A stretch of DNA of 64,000 nucleotides from an uncultured Planctomycetales bacterium (GTDB taxonomy: Bacteria; Omnitrophota; Gorgyraeia; Zapsychrales; JBDRMG01): positions 149,196 through 213,195 of the forward strand of contig CAYZIY010000001.1 of NCBI GenBank assembly GCA_964478715.1, given 5' to 3'. Positions 45,084-55,800 of this stretch are shown here, piece by piece. The notes beneath the pieces were generated by a model, which made no database searches, was not told the DNA's origin, and was given only the letters and a program-made list of their open reading frames with translations. Both the position numbers and the translations under genes were made by a program. Each line of letters opens with the position of its first letter. The first letter of the stretch is position 1.

Positions 45084-45540
45084 TTTTCGCAGAATCAATA
45101 TATTTATTTCTGTAAGGATTGCCTTAAGTGCAGCCCTGATTCTTTTTCACGGCAGTCTGCTTCTGAAACCTTTTGAGCACCATGCTTATATGTTGGCTCG
45201 AATGGATGTGATCAGCCAGGGCAGGCTTGTGGATATCTTTGCCATTGGCCTGCCCTGGCTGGGTTATTTATTGGGCGGTTTTCTTTTGGTCGGCCTGCAT
45301 ATCAAATTCTGCCTCGGCGCCATGATCTTATTCTCAGCCGGAGAGTCTTTATTTTTTGCCCGGGCCATATCGATCAATCCGCCTGAGACCGTTGCGGTGA
45401 CGGTTTTTCATGATTTTCCGCTAACCGTGTCTTTTCTTTTAGGAGTAAACCTTTTGATTTTGCTGATTAGTATCATTCTAATTTTCCAGAGACACAAAGC
45501 AAGTGAACACTCTTTAGATCGATATTATCGGCGTTTTTAA
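45028..45540 (+). CDS. DoxX/MauE-like small polytopic membrane protein
   Basis: Four predicted TM helices; position next to the DsbA-like gene. Annotated start overlaps the upstream gene by 56 nt, so the start is uncertain. Confidence 0.4.
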   Translation: MWAILNSKMKSKSNFKTTDFRRINIFISVRIALSAALILFHGSLLLKPFEHHAYMLARMDVISQGRLVDIFAIGLPWLGYLLGGFLLVGLHIKFCLGAMILFSAGESLFFARAISINPPETVAVTVFHDFPLTVSFLLGVNLLILLISIILIFQRHKASEHSLDRYYRRF

Positions 45541-45556
45541 TTCCTTTTCTAAATTC

Positions 45557-46324
45557 ATGCTTTCCTGCACCCCAACCCATTGTTTAAAAGAAAAAGAGGG
45601 ATTTGTCGTAACGGCCGATTCCCAGAGTATCCATTACCGTCATTTCAGCCGTCATCGAGAGAGTGCGGTGATCATAGCCCATGGATTTTTCAACAGCGCG
45701 CAGTCAATTTTATTGAATCAACTCAAAGACGACCTTTTGGTTCAGCATGATGTGATTTTGATGGATTTCCGTGGGCACGGAAAAAGCAGCGGAGCTTTTT
45801 GTTTTACATCAAGGGAAATTCAAGATCTGATTGCCGTGATTGAATACGCCAAACAATCCGGTTATCAGACAATCAGCGTGATGGGTTTTTCTCTGGGCGC
45901 TGTTATCGCTGCGCAAGCGGCAACCATGCGGGATGATATTCAGAACATCATTTTGGTCAGCTGTCCGATTCGGTTTGAGGATATTGATTTTCACTATTGG
46001 GAGATGAATATGGAAATTGACATTTTATTCAATATTTTTGGCGGTGGATTACGCGGTAAGGGAATCCGTCCGGGCCCTTTCTGGCTAAACAAGCTGGTTC
46101 CGATTGATTTAATGTCTCGCGTCAAAACCCCGGTGCTTTTCATTCACGGCACAGAGGACTGGATCGTGCGGCCCTGGCACAGCGAAGCCCTGCACAAAGA
46201 GGTAAAAACGCAAAAAGATTTGATTTTCATACAAAACGGTTCCCATGCCGAGTATCTTATGTTAAAACAAAAAAAGGAATTCGTTGATGGTATCCAAAGC
46301 TGGTTTGAAAAAACGTTCAAATAA
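45557..46324 (+). CDS. Alpha/beta-fold hydrolase
   Basis: Nucleophile elbow MGFSLGA (GxSxG), downstream Asp/His candidates, ~250 aa. Confidence 0.75.
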   Translation: MLSCTPTHCLKEKEGFVVTADSQSIHYRHFSRHRESAVIIAHGFFNSAQSILLNQLKDDLLVQHDVILMDFRGHGKSSGAFCFTSREIQDLIAVIEYAKQSGYQTISVMGFSLGAVIAAQAATMRDDIQNIILVSCPIRFEDIDFHYWEMNMEIDILFNIFGGGLRGKGIRPGPFWLNKLVPIDLMSRVKTPVLFIHGTEDWIVRPWHSEALHKEVKTQKDLIFIQNGSHAEYLMLKQKKEFVDGIQSWFEKTFK

Positions 46325-46336
46325 AGGAGAAATCCC

Positions 46337-48259
46337 ATGGTCGCTTTTTCCATCTATATCGTCTCGATTATTGCGACAGCTGTTTTAGCCAGCCAAAAAA
46401 ATTACAGCGTGGGCGGTTTTATTTTTCTGGCCGTCCTCACAGGACCCTTTGCCTTGATACTGATTTTGCTTTTGCCCGAGAGCAAGCCGTCCGATTCGCC
46501 GGGGCAGATCACCAATCTTTCTCAGGCCCGGGCGGAGCTGAGCCGAATCGGAAGTCTTTTCGACGGCCTGCAACAACGCATCAACCGGCTTGAGGAGAAG
46601 ATCAGAGATCTAAGCAAAGATCAATCCGTTGATGTCGAACCTGCCTCCCAAGAGCTACCGAAAGAATCTGTCCCCCCATCTCTGCTGCAGGAAAAGGAGA
46701 AAGAGGGCGGGGGATTTGAGGCGGCTTTTGGAACTTATTGGCTCAATCGGATCGGTGTTTTCATTTTTGTCTTAGGGATGGGTTTTTTACTCAGCCTCAC
46801 CTTTCAGTTTTTGGGAGCCGTGGCCAAAATACTTTTCGGCTATCTTATCGCCGCCGGATTCCTGATCTGGGGAAACCGTCTGGAGAAGAAAGACACAACC
46901 AAAAGGCTGGGTTACGGCATTCTCGCCGGAGGTTGGGGACTTCTCTATCTGACCACCTACGCCACCCATTATATTCAGGCGACGAAAGTAATTCATAATC
47001 CCGTTATCGCTATCTGGCTTTTGGCCGGTATCAGCATGGCCGCGATTATTTTCAATCTCAAATATCAGTCCTGGATTGTGACGGCTTTGACATATTTGCT
47101 GGCTTTAATGACCGTGGGCTTCGGCGATCTGGATTATACAACGGTGATTCTATGTGCTCTGCTTGTGGGAAGTCTCTCATATATTGGTTTTCGGATGCGT
47201 TGGTATTCATTTCTGGTTTACGGTATTGCGGCCAGCTATATCACTTTTATTCACTGGATTCATCCCCGCCTCTTGACATCGTTTCTGGCGGCTAAGCAAA
47301 CAACGATCCCCATTTATCAGTTTCAGATCGCCTTTGGCATTATTCTGGTCAGCTGGACGGTCTTTAATCTGCCGCTTTTTCTTCTGGAATTCGATACTGC
47401 GGAGAAAAGACGGCATTTGGTATTCGGCAATCTTCTCAATGCCGGATTCTTTACCGTTTTAGGTTTGCAGAGTCTTTACCGGGTTGCCCCTCATTTGCCC
47501 AATGGCTGGGATACCAAATTTGTTTTTCTGCTTGTTCTATCAATCATTTATTTTCTCTTTGGATATTTTTATAAAAAACTCAAGGCCCAGCGATTAATCG
47601 TGGTCTGCTGCGTGATCGCCATAATTTTGTTGAATATGGCTCTGATGGCCAGGTTTGCGGGTATCAGCATCAGTTTTTTCTGGCTGTCGATGACCATGCT
47701 GCTTTTAGGATTAGGTTTGTATTATCAAGAACGCGTCTATCGTCTGCTGGGATATATCCTCAGCTTTGTCTTGGCTGTCAGGTTGATTTTTGTGGATTAC
47801 TTTAGCGAGAAAGTTTATGAAATATTCTCAGCGGGAGTTCAGCATAATATTCTCATTTTCTCAATGGCGGCGATTTGTTATCTTCTGTTGACCATCATCG
47901 AGAAAAAAAGGGAATCGAGAGAGAAAATTCCTCATAATGAGTTAGCCGTTTTTCATTTCTATCCTTTTCTTTCCACCCTGTTGTTAACCTTAATTATCGG
48001 CCGGGAGGCCAATCCGAGATGGCTGACCGTCAGTTGGACAATCCAAGGGGCCGCTCTACTGGCTCTGGGGTTTTTCTTGTCGCATAAAAAGTGGCGCATC
48101 TGCAGTTTATGTGTTTTTGTTCTGGTGATCCTGAAGGTCTTTCTCGTCGACATTGCCGCTTTGAACACGATTTACAAGATTTTTGCTTTTACCATTCTGG
48201 GATTGGTTTTGGTGGGTGCTTCAGTTGTCTATTCAAAATGGATGGAATCAAGAAAATAA
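46337..48259 (+). CDS. Large polytopic membrane protein (DUF2339-like), function unknown
   Basis: N-terminal TM pair, coiled-coil segment, then more than 12 predicted TM helices. Confidence 0.45.
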   Translation: MVAFSIYIVSIIATAVLASQKNYSVGGFIFLAVLTGPFALILILLLPESKPSDSPGQITNLSQARAELSRIGSLFDGLQQRINRLEEKIRDLSKDQSVDVEPASQELPKESVPPSLLQEKEKEGGGFEAAFGTYWLNRIGVFIFVLGMGFLLSLTFQFLGAVAKILFGYLIAAGFLIWGNRLEKKDTTKRLGYGILAGGWGLLYLTTYATHYIQATKVIHNPVIAIWLLAGISMAAIIFNLKYQSWIVTALTYLLALMTVGFGDLDYTTVILCALLVGSLSYIGFRMRWYSFLVYGIAASYITFIHWIHPRLLTSFLAAKQTTIPIYQFQIAFGIILVSWTVFNLPLFLLEFDTAEKRRHLVFGNLLNAGFFTVLGLQSLYRVAPHLPNGWDTKFVFLLVLSIIYFLFGYFYKKLKAQRLIVVCCVIAIILLNMALMARFAGISISFFWLSMTMLLLGLGLYYQERVYRLLGYILSFVLAVRLIFVDYFSEKVYEIFSAGVQHNILIFSMAAICYLLLTIIEKKRESREKIPHNELAVFHFYPFLSTLLLTLIIGREANPRWLTVSWTIQGAALLALGFFLSHKKWRICSLCVFVLVILKVFLVDIAALNTIYKIFAFTILGLVLVGASVVYSKWMESRK

Positions 48260-48306
48260 GGAAATTAAGAATTCTAAATAATCTAAATAATCTAAAGAAT
48301 TTAAAC

Positions 48307-48335
48307 TTGCCAGCAAAGGGCCATTCATTTATAAT
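48307..48335 (+). promoter_or_regulatory. Near-consensus sigma70 promoter (TTGCCA-17-TATAAT) at the head of the signalling island
   Basis: ttgcca at 48307-48312, 17-nt spacer, tataat at 48330-48335. Confidence 0.45.
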
Positions 48336-48347
48336 AACGCTGTTGAT

Positions 48348-48731
48348 TTGATCAACATCATTATGAGTCAGGACAAGCAGAAAATCCTAATTGTAGATGA
48401 CGAGCCCGGTATTGCCCGGGTGCTCGGTTGCCGGTTGGAAAGCTGGGGCTATGAAATATGCTCGGCTTTAAGCGGAAAAGAAGCGCTTGAGAAGGTTGAG
48501 GAAATAAAACCGGATCTGGTCTTGCTGGATGTGATCCTGGGAGATGCGCAAGGGTTTGATATTTGCCGGCGGATCCGCAACCAATGCGGTGACGGCTTAA
48601 AGATCATCATGTGTACGGCCAAGATCGACGGGGTGGACGCCAAAAAGGCCCGCGAAGCCGGTGCCGATCACTTCGCTCCCAAAACAGGGGAGATGAGCGA
48701 AATCAAGCGGGCTATTCAGAATCTTCTTTAG
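48348..48731 (+). CDS. Single-domain response regulator receiver
   Basis: VDDE acidic residues, phospho-acceptor in VLLDVIL, conserved T/K (MCTAK ... FAPK). Confidence 0.85.
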   Translation: MINIIMSQDKQKILIVDDEPGIARVLGCRLESWGYEICSALSGKEALEKVEEIKPDLVLLDVILGDAQGFDICRRIRNQCGDGLKIIMCTAKIDGVDAKKAREAGADHFAPKTGEMSEIKRAIQNLL

Positions 48732-48954
48732 AAATCATTTCTTAATATATTGATTCCAAAGTCACTTCCCTATCTTTACTATTGATCATGAAAAGTCAAT
48801 CATCTAAGATGATCAATAGAAGAAAGATTCCTTTTTAATACTAATATTATTACTTTCCGCTAATTTCTTGAATGGCCGATTCTCCGGGTATGCAAAAGAA
48901 TGCTCGCAGATGGCTCTCATGCTTTGGATTTCACGGATGGAAAGGACCCGGAGA

Positions 48955-50247
48955 ATGTCTGAGAGCAAAAACCATATGCAAAAAGAGCGCAGGAAAAGAA
49001 ATCTGTTTCTCGTACTTTTCGGATTGATATCGGCGAGTCTTATTTTCTGTGTCATGGTCTTTGGTCAGGAAATTCTGCCGGATTTACTTTGGGTGCATGA
49101 ACCTTTTCATTCGGCGGTAGAGGCCTTTGGTTCGTTTATTGCCCTTTTGATGGCCGTCATTCTTTTATCCCGCAGGCGACAAGAAGTATCCAGCAAGTAT
49201 CATTTTATCGCGCTTGGTTTTTTGGCCATGGGTATTTTGGACGGTTTTCACTCTTTGACCAATCCGGGCCAGTCGTTTGTCTTTTTACGCTCGCTGGCGA
49301 GTCTTTTGGGAGGAATATTCTTTATGTTCACCTGGTTTCCTCCCCGCAAGAAAATCAAAGGACCGCGACTTACCATTCCCCTGGCGGTCATCGTTGTCAC
49401 AGGCGGGATCTCTATCTTTAGCTTGCTGAATCCTGACCGTCTCCCCCTTATGGTCAATAGCAAAGGAGCATTCACTCCCTTGGCCGTTCAAATGAATTAT
49501 CTGGCGGGGGTCCTGTTTTGTTTAGCCGCTGTTCGTTTTCTGCTCGATTTCTATCAAGCGGGTAAGATGGATTTCTTTCTTCTGGCCGTTCTCTCGGCAT
49601 TATTCGGATTTGCCGAATTAACTTTTGAAACTTCGGCCATTTGGGATATGCAGTGGTGGCTCTGGCATTTGATGCGGCTTGCGGCGTATGGGATCGTTTT
49701 GTTTTTTGTCGGCATGGAGTTTCGTGAGAATATTAAATATGAGAAACGAGCACGGGAGGCGATTGCTCAGGCCAAGGCCTATTCCGATCTGCTGTTTCAG
49801 GTGGTTCCCAGCGCAATCTTTGCAGTCGACAGAAACCGTAACATCACGGCATGGAATAAAAAAGCCGAAGAAATCACAGGCTATTCAATCGAGGAAGTGA
49901 TAGGGAAAGAATGCGTCTTGTTTGCGGAGCAACCATGTAAGGAAAAATGCGGCCTGTTGGATCCCGATATGCAGAAGCCCATTATTGGCCGTGAATGCAC
50001 CATCAGGCACAAAGACGGCAGCACGCGGTTTATTTCCAAAAATGCCGATATTATTCTGGGCGAAAACGGGATTGTCTTGGGAGGTATTGAGAGTTTTGAG
50101 GATACAACAGGCAGAAAGCAGTTTGAAGAACAGCTGAAGAATCACGCTCAGGAGCTTGAGCGGATGAACAAAATGATGGTCGGCAGGGAATTGAGAATGG
50201 TTGAGCTAAAGAAAGAAATTAAAACATTAAAAGGAAGATTACCCTAA
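48955..50247 (+). CDS. Kinase-less membrane sensor: multi-TM N-terminal domain + PAS domain + C-terminal coiled-coil stub
   Basis: Six to seven TM helices, PAS (FAVDRNRNITAWNKKAEEITGYS...), ends in ..MVGRELRMVELKKEIKTLKGRLP without HisKA/HATPase. Start set at Met 48955. Confidence 0.7.
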   Translation: MSESKNHMQKERRKRNLFLVLFGLISASLIFCVMVFGQEILPDLLWVHEPFHSAVEAFGSFIALLMAVILLSRRRQEVSSKYHFIALGFLAMGILDGFHSLTNPGQSFVFLRSLASLLGGIFFMFTWFPPRKKIKGPRLTIPLAVIVVTGGISIFSLLNPDRLPLMVNSKGAFTPLAVQMNYLAGVLFCLAAVRFLLDFYQAGKMDFFLLAVLSALFGFAELTFETSAIWDMQWWLWHLMRLAAYGIVLFFVGMEFRENIKYEKRAREAIAQAKAYSDLLFQVVPSAIFAVDRNRNITAWNKKAEEITGYSIEEVIGKECVLFAEQPCKEKCGLLDPDMQKPIIGRECTIRHKDGSTRFISKNADIILGENGIVLGGIESFEDTTGRKQFEEQLKNHAQELERMNKMMVGRELRMVELKKEIKTLKGRLP

Positions 50248-50263
50248 GATCGCGCGGGTTGTT

Positions 50264-51973
50264 ATGACACTGAAAGTACGGCTTATCGCCAGTTATCTGT
50301 TAATCTTTTGCCTGGTCGCCATGGTCAGCGTTTTTTTGATCAGACATATTAATGCCAATGATCAGCGTCTTAATTTCATTAAGGAAGAAAACGATGAGCT
50401 GAAAAAGGCCATGCATCTTAATTTATTGTCGCAGCATATCAAATATTATGATGAGGTTCTGACCCAATCCGCCAGGAATTATGCCTTTACCCGGGATGCG
50501 AAGTGGAAAAACCGCTATGAAGCTATCGAGCCCCGTCTTGATGAGACGATTAAAGAGGCCGTTGATAAAGGCAATCATAAGGACAAACAAAGTTTTTCTC
50601 AGGTCGATGAGGCTAACTCGGCTTTAGTCAACATGGAACATCAGGCTATGCGTTTGGTTGACGCGGGGCAATCCGCGCAGGCGATTGCTCTGCTGGGGAG
50701 CGGGAGTTATTGGAATCAAAAGAAACTTTATGACGATGCTCTCAAAGAATATATCCGAAGGCAGGGGCTTCTCTACGATCAGGCCACCCGGGAAGCTGCT
50801 CTGGTTTATCAGGATACCATTGAAAAGATTCACCGTTCGGCACAAGAGGGCAAACAAAAGATATTCCTGAGTATTGTTATCATTGCGCTTGTCTTTATCT
50901 TTTTGATTGTTTTTAATATATCGTATATTTTCCGCCCCGTGGATTATCTGGTCGGTGTCATGGGAAATTTTCGCAGCGGTCATTTAGATGTCTCGATAGA
51001 TCCGAAGATTAAAAAATCGAAGGGCGAAATCGGTTTGTTGGCCCGGGTCTTTGACCAGATGGGCAGGGAGTTGAAAAATTCTTATGAACATCTGGAACAA
51101 AAGGTCAAATCCCGGACGCAAGAGCTCAACAAAAAAGTCAAAGAGATGGAAGATAAGAATGAAGAGCTGCAGAGCACCAAGAAAGCTGTTTTGAATATTC
51201 TGGAGGATCTCGAAGAATCCAAGAAAAGCATTGAGAAACAGAGGGATGATCTGGCGGTCCTAAAAAATGAATTAGAGCATTCCAACAAAGAGTTGGAACA
51301 GTTTGCCTATATCGCGTCGCATGACCTGCAAGAGCCCTTGAGAAAAATTGTGGCTTTCGGTGATCTTTTGCATGAAGGGATTGATCAAAAGCTTAACAGC
51401 GAACAGAGGAATTATCTTAAACGCATGCAAAATGCCGCCTATCGCATGAAACATTTGATCGAAGGTCTGTTGGATTATTCGCGCATCACCACTAAAATAA
51501 AGCCTTTTGAAAAAGTAGATTTGAACCAGAAAGTCCAGGAGGCCTTATCTAATCTTGAAATACGAATCAAAGAAACCGGAGCTCAGATAGATATCGGGGA
51601 ACTGCCCGCTATTATGGCCGATGAGCTTCAGATGGCGCAACTCTTTCAGAATCTGATAGGCAATGCTATTAAATTCCACAAAAAAGGGCAGCGCCCGGAG
51701 GTGAAGATTCGCAGTACTTTTCAAGATGGAATCCACAAGATTACCATTGAGGACAATGGCATCGGATTTGATAAAAAATATATGGATCGTGTTTTTGCGC
51801 CGTTTCAGAAACTGCATGCCCGTGACGAATATGAAGGCACCGGGATCGGTCTTTCGATTTGCCAGAAAATTGTTAAATGCCACAATGGAACGATGAAAGT
51901 TCAAAGCAGCCCGGATAATGGAGCTACGTTCATTATCTATCTTCCGATAGTACAAACCGAAAGGAGTTTATAA
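50264..51973 (+). CDS. Sensor histidine kinase (TM - helical sensor - HAMP - coiled coil - HisKA - HATPase_c)
   Basis: H-box FAYIASHDLQEPLRKI, N-box NLIGNAIKFH, G-boxes DNGIGFD / GTGIGLSIC. Confidence 0.85.
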   Translation: MTLKVRLIASYLLIFCLVAMVSVFLIRHINANDQRLNFIKEENDELKKAMHLNLLSQHIKYYDEVLTQSARNYAFTRDAKWKNRYEAIEPRLDETIKEAVDKGNHKDKQSFSQVDEANSALVNMEHQAMRLVDAGQSAQAIALLGSGSYWNQKKLYDDALKEYIRRQGLLYDQATREAALVYQDTIEKIHRSAQEGKQKIFLSIVIIALVFIFLIVFNISYIFRPVDYLVGVMGNFRSGHLDVSIDPKIKKSKGEIGLLARVFDQMGRELKNSYEHLEQKVKSRTQELNKKVKEMEDKNEELQSTKKAVLNILEDLEESKKSIEKQRDDLAVLKNELEHSNKELEQFAYIASHDLQEPLRKIVAFGDLLHEGIDQKLNSEQRNYLKRMQNAAYRMKHLIEGLLDYSRITTKIKPFEKVDLNQKVQEALSNLEIRIKETGAQIDIGELPAIMADELQMAQLFQNLIGNAIKFHKKGQRPEVKIRSTFQDGIHKITIEDNGIGFDKKYMDRVFAPFQKLHARDEYEGTGIGLSICQKIVKCHNGTMKVQSSPDNGATFIIYLPIVQTERSL

Positions 51974-52426
51974 ATGGAAGCCGAAAGAAAGCCGGTCGTT
52001 ATTTTGCTTGCTGACGACGACGATGATGATGCTCTATTAACGAAAAAGGCTTTAAAGGAATCAAGAGTCTGTAATAAGATGTATAGAGTGAAGAATGGTG
52101 AAGAATTGATGGATTTTCTGACGCACAACGGGCGCTATGAAGATAAAGAGAAAGCGCCGCCGCCGGCGCTTATTCTCCTTGATCTCAACATGCCAAAGAA
52201 AGATGGACGGGAGGCATTAAAAGAGATTAAGAACGATCCAAAGTTGCGCAGCATTCCGATTACGATCTTAACAACGTCAAAAGCCGAAGAAGACATAGTG
52301 CGTTCTTATGACTTGGGCGTCAATTCTTTTATTACCAAGCCGGTAGACCTCAAAGGTTTTTTCAATGTGGTCAAAGAGATCAGCAATTACTGGTTTGAGG
52401 TTGTAGAATTACCCCGACAGGACTAA
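51974..52426 (+). CDS. Single-domain response regulator receiver
   Basis: ADDDDDD acidic cluster, LILLDLNMPKKDG, TTSK, K in ITKP. Confidence 0.85.
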   Translation: MEAERKPVVILLADDDDDDALLTKKALKESRVCNKMYRVKNGEELMDFLTHNGRYEDKEKAPPPALILLDLNMPKKDGREALKEIKNDPKLRSIPITILTTSKAEEDIVRSYDLGVNSFITKPVDLKGFFNVVKEISNYWFEVVELPRQD

Positions 52427-52447
52427 AATAATAAGGAGTATTGGGAT

Positions 52448-52813
52448 ATGGGAAAAAGTATTCTTATCATAGACGATGACCGGGAAGATCAGGATCTGAT
52501 CAAAGTGGCTTTAGAAAAAGCCGGATTTAATCAAATTCACTGCTCTATATCGGGAGAGGAAGGGCTGAAAGATGCCTGGGAAACAAGACCCGATCTGATT
52601 ATTGTCGATACCCGTCTGACCGGAATGAGCGGTTTTGAAGTCTGCCAGAAGATCAAGGCCGAAAAAGAGATTTCGGCAAAAGTTATTATTATCACTGGTG
52701 CTGTCGATGCCGTTGACGCCGTCAAGGCCAGGGAAATGGGTGCGGATGATTATTGCGCCAAGACCAGTGATTACGCGCCTTTAGTGGAAACGGTGGAGAA
52801 ATGGCTTAACTGA
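52448..52813 (+). CDS. Single-domain response regulator receiver
   Basis: IDDDRED, LIIVDTRLTGMSG, IITGA, CAK. Confidence 0.85.
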   Translation: MGKSILIIDDDREDQDLIKVALEKAGFNQIHCSISGEEGLKDAWETRPDLIIVDTRLTGMSGFEVCQKIKAEKEISAKVIIITGAVDAVDAVKAREMGADDYCAKTSDYAPLVETVEKWLN

Positions 52814-52815
52814 CA

Positions 52816-55800
52816 ATGGCTGCCATTACAAAAAAGAATAATAGTTTAAAAGCCGCATACCCCCGCTATGTTCTCGTTCTTCTCTGCGGAGCGATTGTTC
52901 TGATTTTTAGCGTTTCCGGGTTGGTCATTACACAAAGTTTAAGAAGTCATGCGTTAAAAGAAATAGCGGATGAAAGCAAGGCGGCGATTGGGGCCTTAAG
53001 CACAGGTCTAATTCGGGAGTTAAGAGAAACACAAAAAGGAGCTCAAAATCTGGCCGGTTCTCCCTGGGTTCCTCCGGTGCTTATCAGGGGAAACCCTCAG
53101 GATATCAAAAGAGTCAACCGGGTTCTTGACCGCTATAACCGTTCTTTCGATGCGTCGGTTTGTTATTTATTGAATCAGCAGGGCATCACCGTTGCTTCTT
53201 CAAACCGCAATACGAGCGAAAGCTTTATCGGCAAAGACTACAGTTTTCGACCTTATTTCCAAAAGGCCATAGGGGGCAAAGCGGGAAGCTATTTTGCTCT
53301 GGGGATCACATCTAAAAAAAGAGGGCATTATGCCTCTTATCCCGTGATATCTGGCGATCAAAAGATTATCGGTGTTGTTGTGATTAAAGATGAGATAGAT
53401 TATTTCGCCGATGCTTTCAGGAAATTTAAGCATTGCTATCTGATTGATCCTAACGGCATCATTTTTCTGGGGAGCCGTTCCCATTTTGTGCTCAAATCAC
53501 TTTGGCCGGTTAGCCAAAAAGCCAGAGACGAACTGAAAAAGACACAGCAGTTCGGAGAAGGACCTTTTGAGCATTTATTGGACCAAGAATATAAAGACGG
53601 ACAAAAGGTGCAATTTCTCAACCAGACTTGGCTGGTCAATCGCAACTATATTAACGACCAGGGTTGGTCGGTGCTTATGTTGAGTTCAACCAAGGGGGCA
53701 AGACTCTATGGTCTTCTCGGGATTTTGACCACCGCTTTTATTATTATTCTGTTGATCGTATTTCTCGGGATTCTTTTCTACATGGATAAATCGCGCCAAA
53801 AAGTTCTGGAAAGTGAAGAAAAGTATCGCGAATTAGTCCAAAATGCCAATAGTATTATTCTGCGCTTAGACAGCGAAGGACGCATTGTTTTTATCAATGA
53901 ATATGCCCAAAACTTTTTTGGCTATATGGAATCCGAAATTTTTGGGAAATCTGTCGTGGGAACGATTGTCCCCGAGCAAGACAGCGAGGGGATCGATGTG
54001 GCTCAAGTGATTGAGAATCTTTTAAAAGACACAGAGCGTTACAAATATAATGAAAACGAGAATATCAAAAGAAACGGAGATCGTGTCTGGGTGGCCTGGA
54101 CCAACCGGGTCATCAAGAATGAGCCTGCCGGAAAAAACGAGATTCTTTGCGTCGGCACAGACATCACCCAAAACCGTCGGGCCTCTGAGCATATTCGCCG
54201 ATTATCGACAGCCGTTGAGCAATCGCCCAGTGTTATTGCCATAACGGATCTCAATGGAAATCTTGAATACGTCAATCCGAAATTTTGCGTGTCTACAGGC
54301 TATTCTCTAGAGGAAGCCAAGGGGCAGAATCCACGGATTCTTAAAAGCGGCGAACAGCCAAAAGAGGTGTATAAAGATATGTGGGAGAAAATCGCCAAAG
54401 GCGAAGAATGGAGAGGCGAGTTTCATAATAAGCGCAAAGACGGCAGTCTTTACTGGGAACTGGCCTCGATTTCTCCTATTCGCAATGCCCAGGGGGAAAT
54501 TACGCATTATCTCAAGGTGGCCGAGGACATCACCGAGCGAAAAAGGGCCGAACAGATGTTGGCCGAGACCAAAGAAGCTCTGGAGCAGCAGACTTGGGGA
54601 TTAAAGAAAACCAATGAAACACTCAAGCTCCTCTATAAAGAGCTCGAGGAGAAGAATGCCGAATTAAAAAAACTTGATCGGCTTAAAAGTGATTTTGTCT
54701 CAACCGTCTCGCATGAGCTGCGCACTCCTCTGGCGATTACGACCGAAGGCATCAGCCTGGTGATCGATCAAATTGCAGGCCCTATTAACGACAAGCAAAG
54801 GAATCTCCTTCACACATCCAAAGAAAATTTGGTGCGTCTAAACAAAATCATCAATGATCTTCTGGATATTTCGAAAATTGAATCTGGACGCCTGGAGCTC
54901 GGTAAAAGCATAACAGATATATCAAGAATTATTCAAAAAACGGTAAATTCTTATCAAACGGTAGCCGACCCAAAAAAGATCACAATCCGGACACATTTTC
55001 CCGAAGAGCGCATTATTCTTTTTATCGATCAAGACAAAATTATCCAGGCGCTCAATAATTTGATTTACAATGCGATTAAGTTTACCAAAGAGCAGGGCGT
55101 CATTGATATAACGCTTGCTTCTCAAGAGACCGAAGTTGTTATCAGTATCAAAGATAATGGAGTCGGTATTTCGCATGAAGATATGAAAAAACTCTTCAGC
55201 AAATTCCAGCAGTTTGGACGCACCCACGGTCCCGGCGCCAAGGGAACGGGTTTGGGTCTTTCGATCACCAAGGCGTTGGTCGAACTGCACGGGGGGCGAA
55301 TTTGGGCTGAAAGTGCGCTGGGCGAGGGAACGACGTTTTCATTTACTCTGCCGAATTACAAGAAAGTGATCGGTGAATTCGAGGAAAATCTATCTGATGA
55401 TATCGAGGAAGCTCAGCAGAGTAAAAAGGATATGACGCTTCTTCTGATGGATGTCGTCAATTATCAAAAGATTGTCGATCGCTTTGATGAATATGTTTTA
55501 GCTGATACGATGAATAAAATATTTTCAATCATTGAGCAGATCGTATCCCGGCCCAAAGACAGAGCCCTTATCATCGATCAACATACGATTTATATCTCTT
55601 TGCCGCAGACCAGCAAAAGCGGAGGCAATGCGGTGATCCGGCGGATCAGGGAGGAGATCAACGCGCAGTCTTTTATGGTGGAGAAAGAAGATGTATCTGT
55701 TTATATGCGATTTAGTATGGCTGTGGCCCCTGCGCAGGGCACAGACAGAGAAACGTTGATTCAACATGCCAGGAAGAAATTATTGCAGCCGCGAACGGTT

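Noticed and set aside
48272-48296. Short tandem (taaataatc)x2-3 motif and a TTGATCAT...ATGATCAA inverted repeat near 48783-48817
   Set aside because: They are too short or imperfect to call a repeat family or CRISPR. They may be minor regulatory features but I cannot support more than that.
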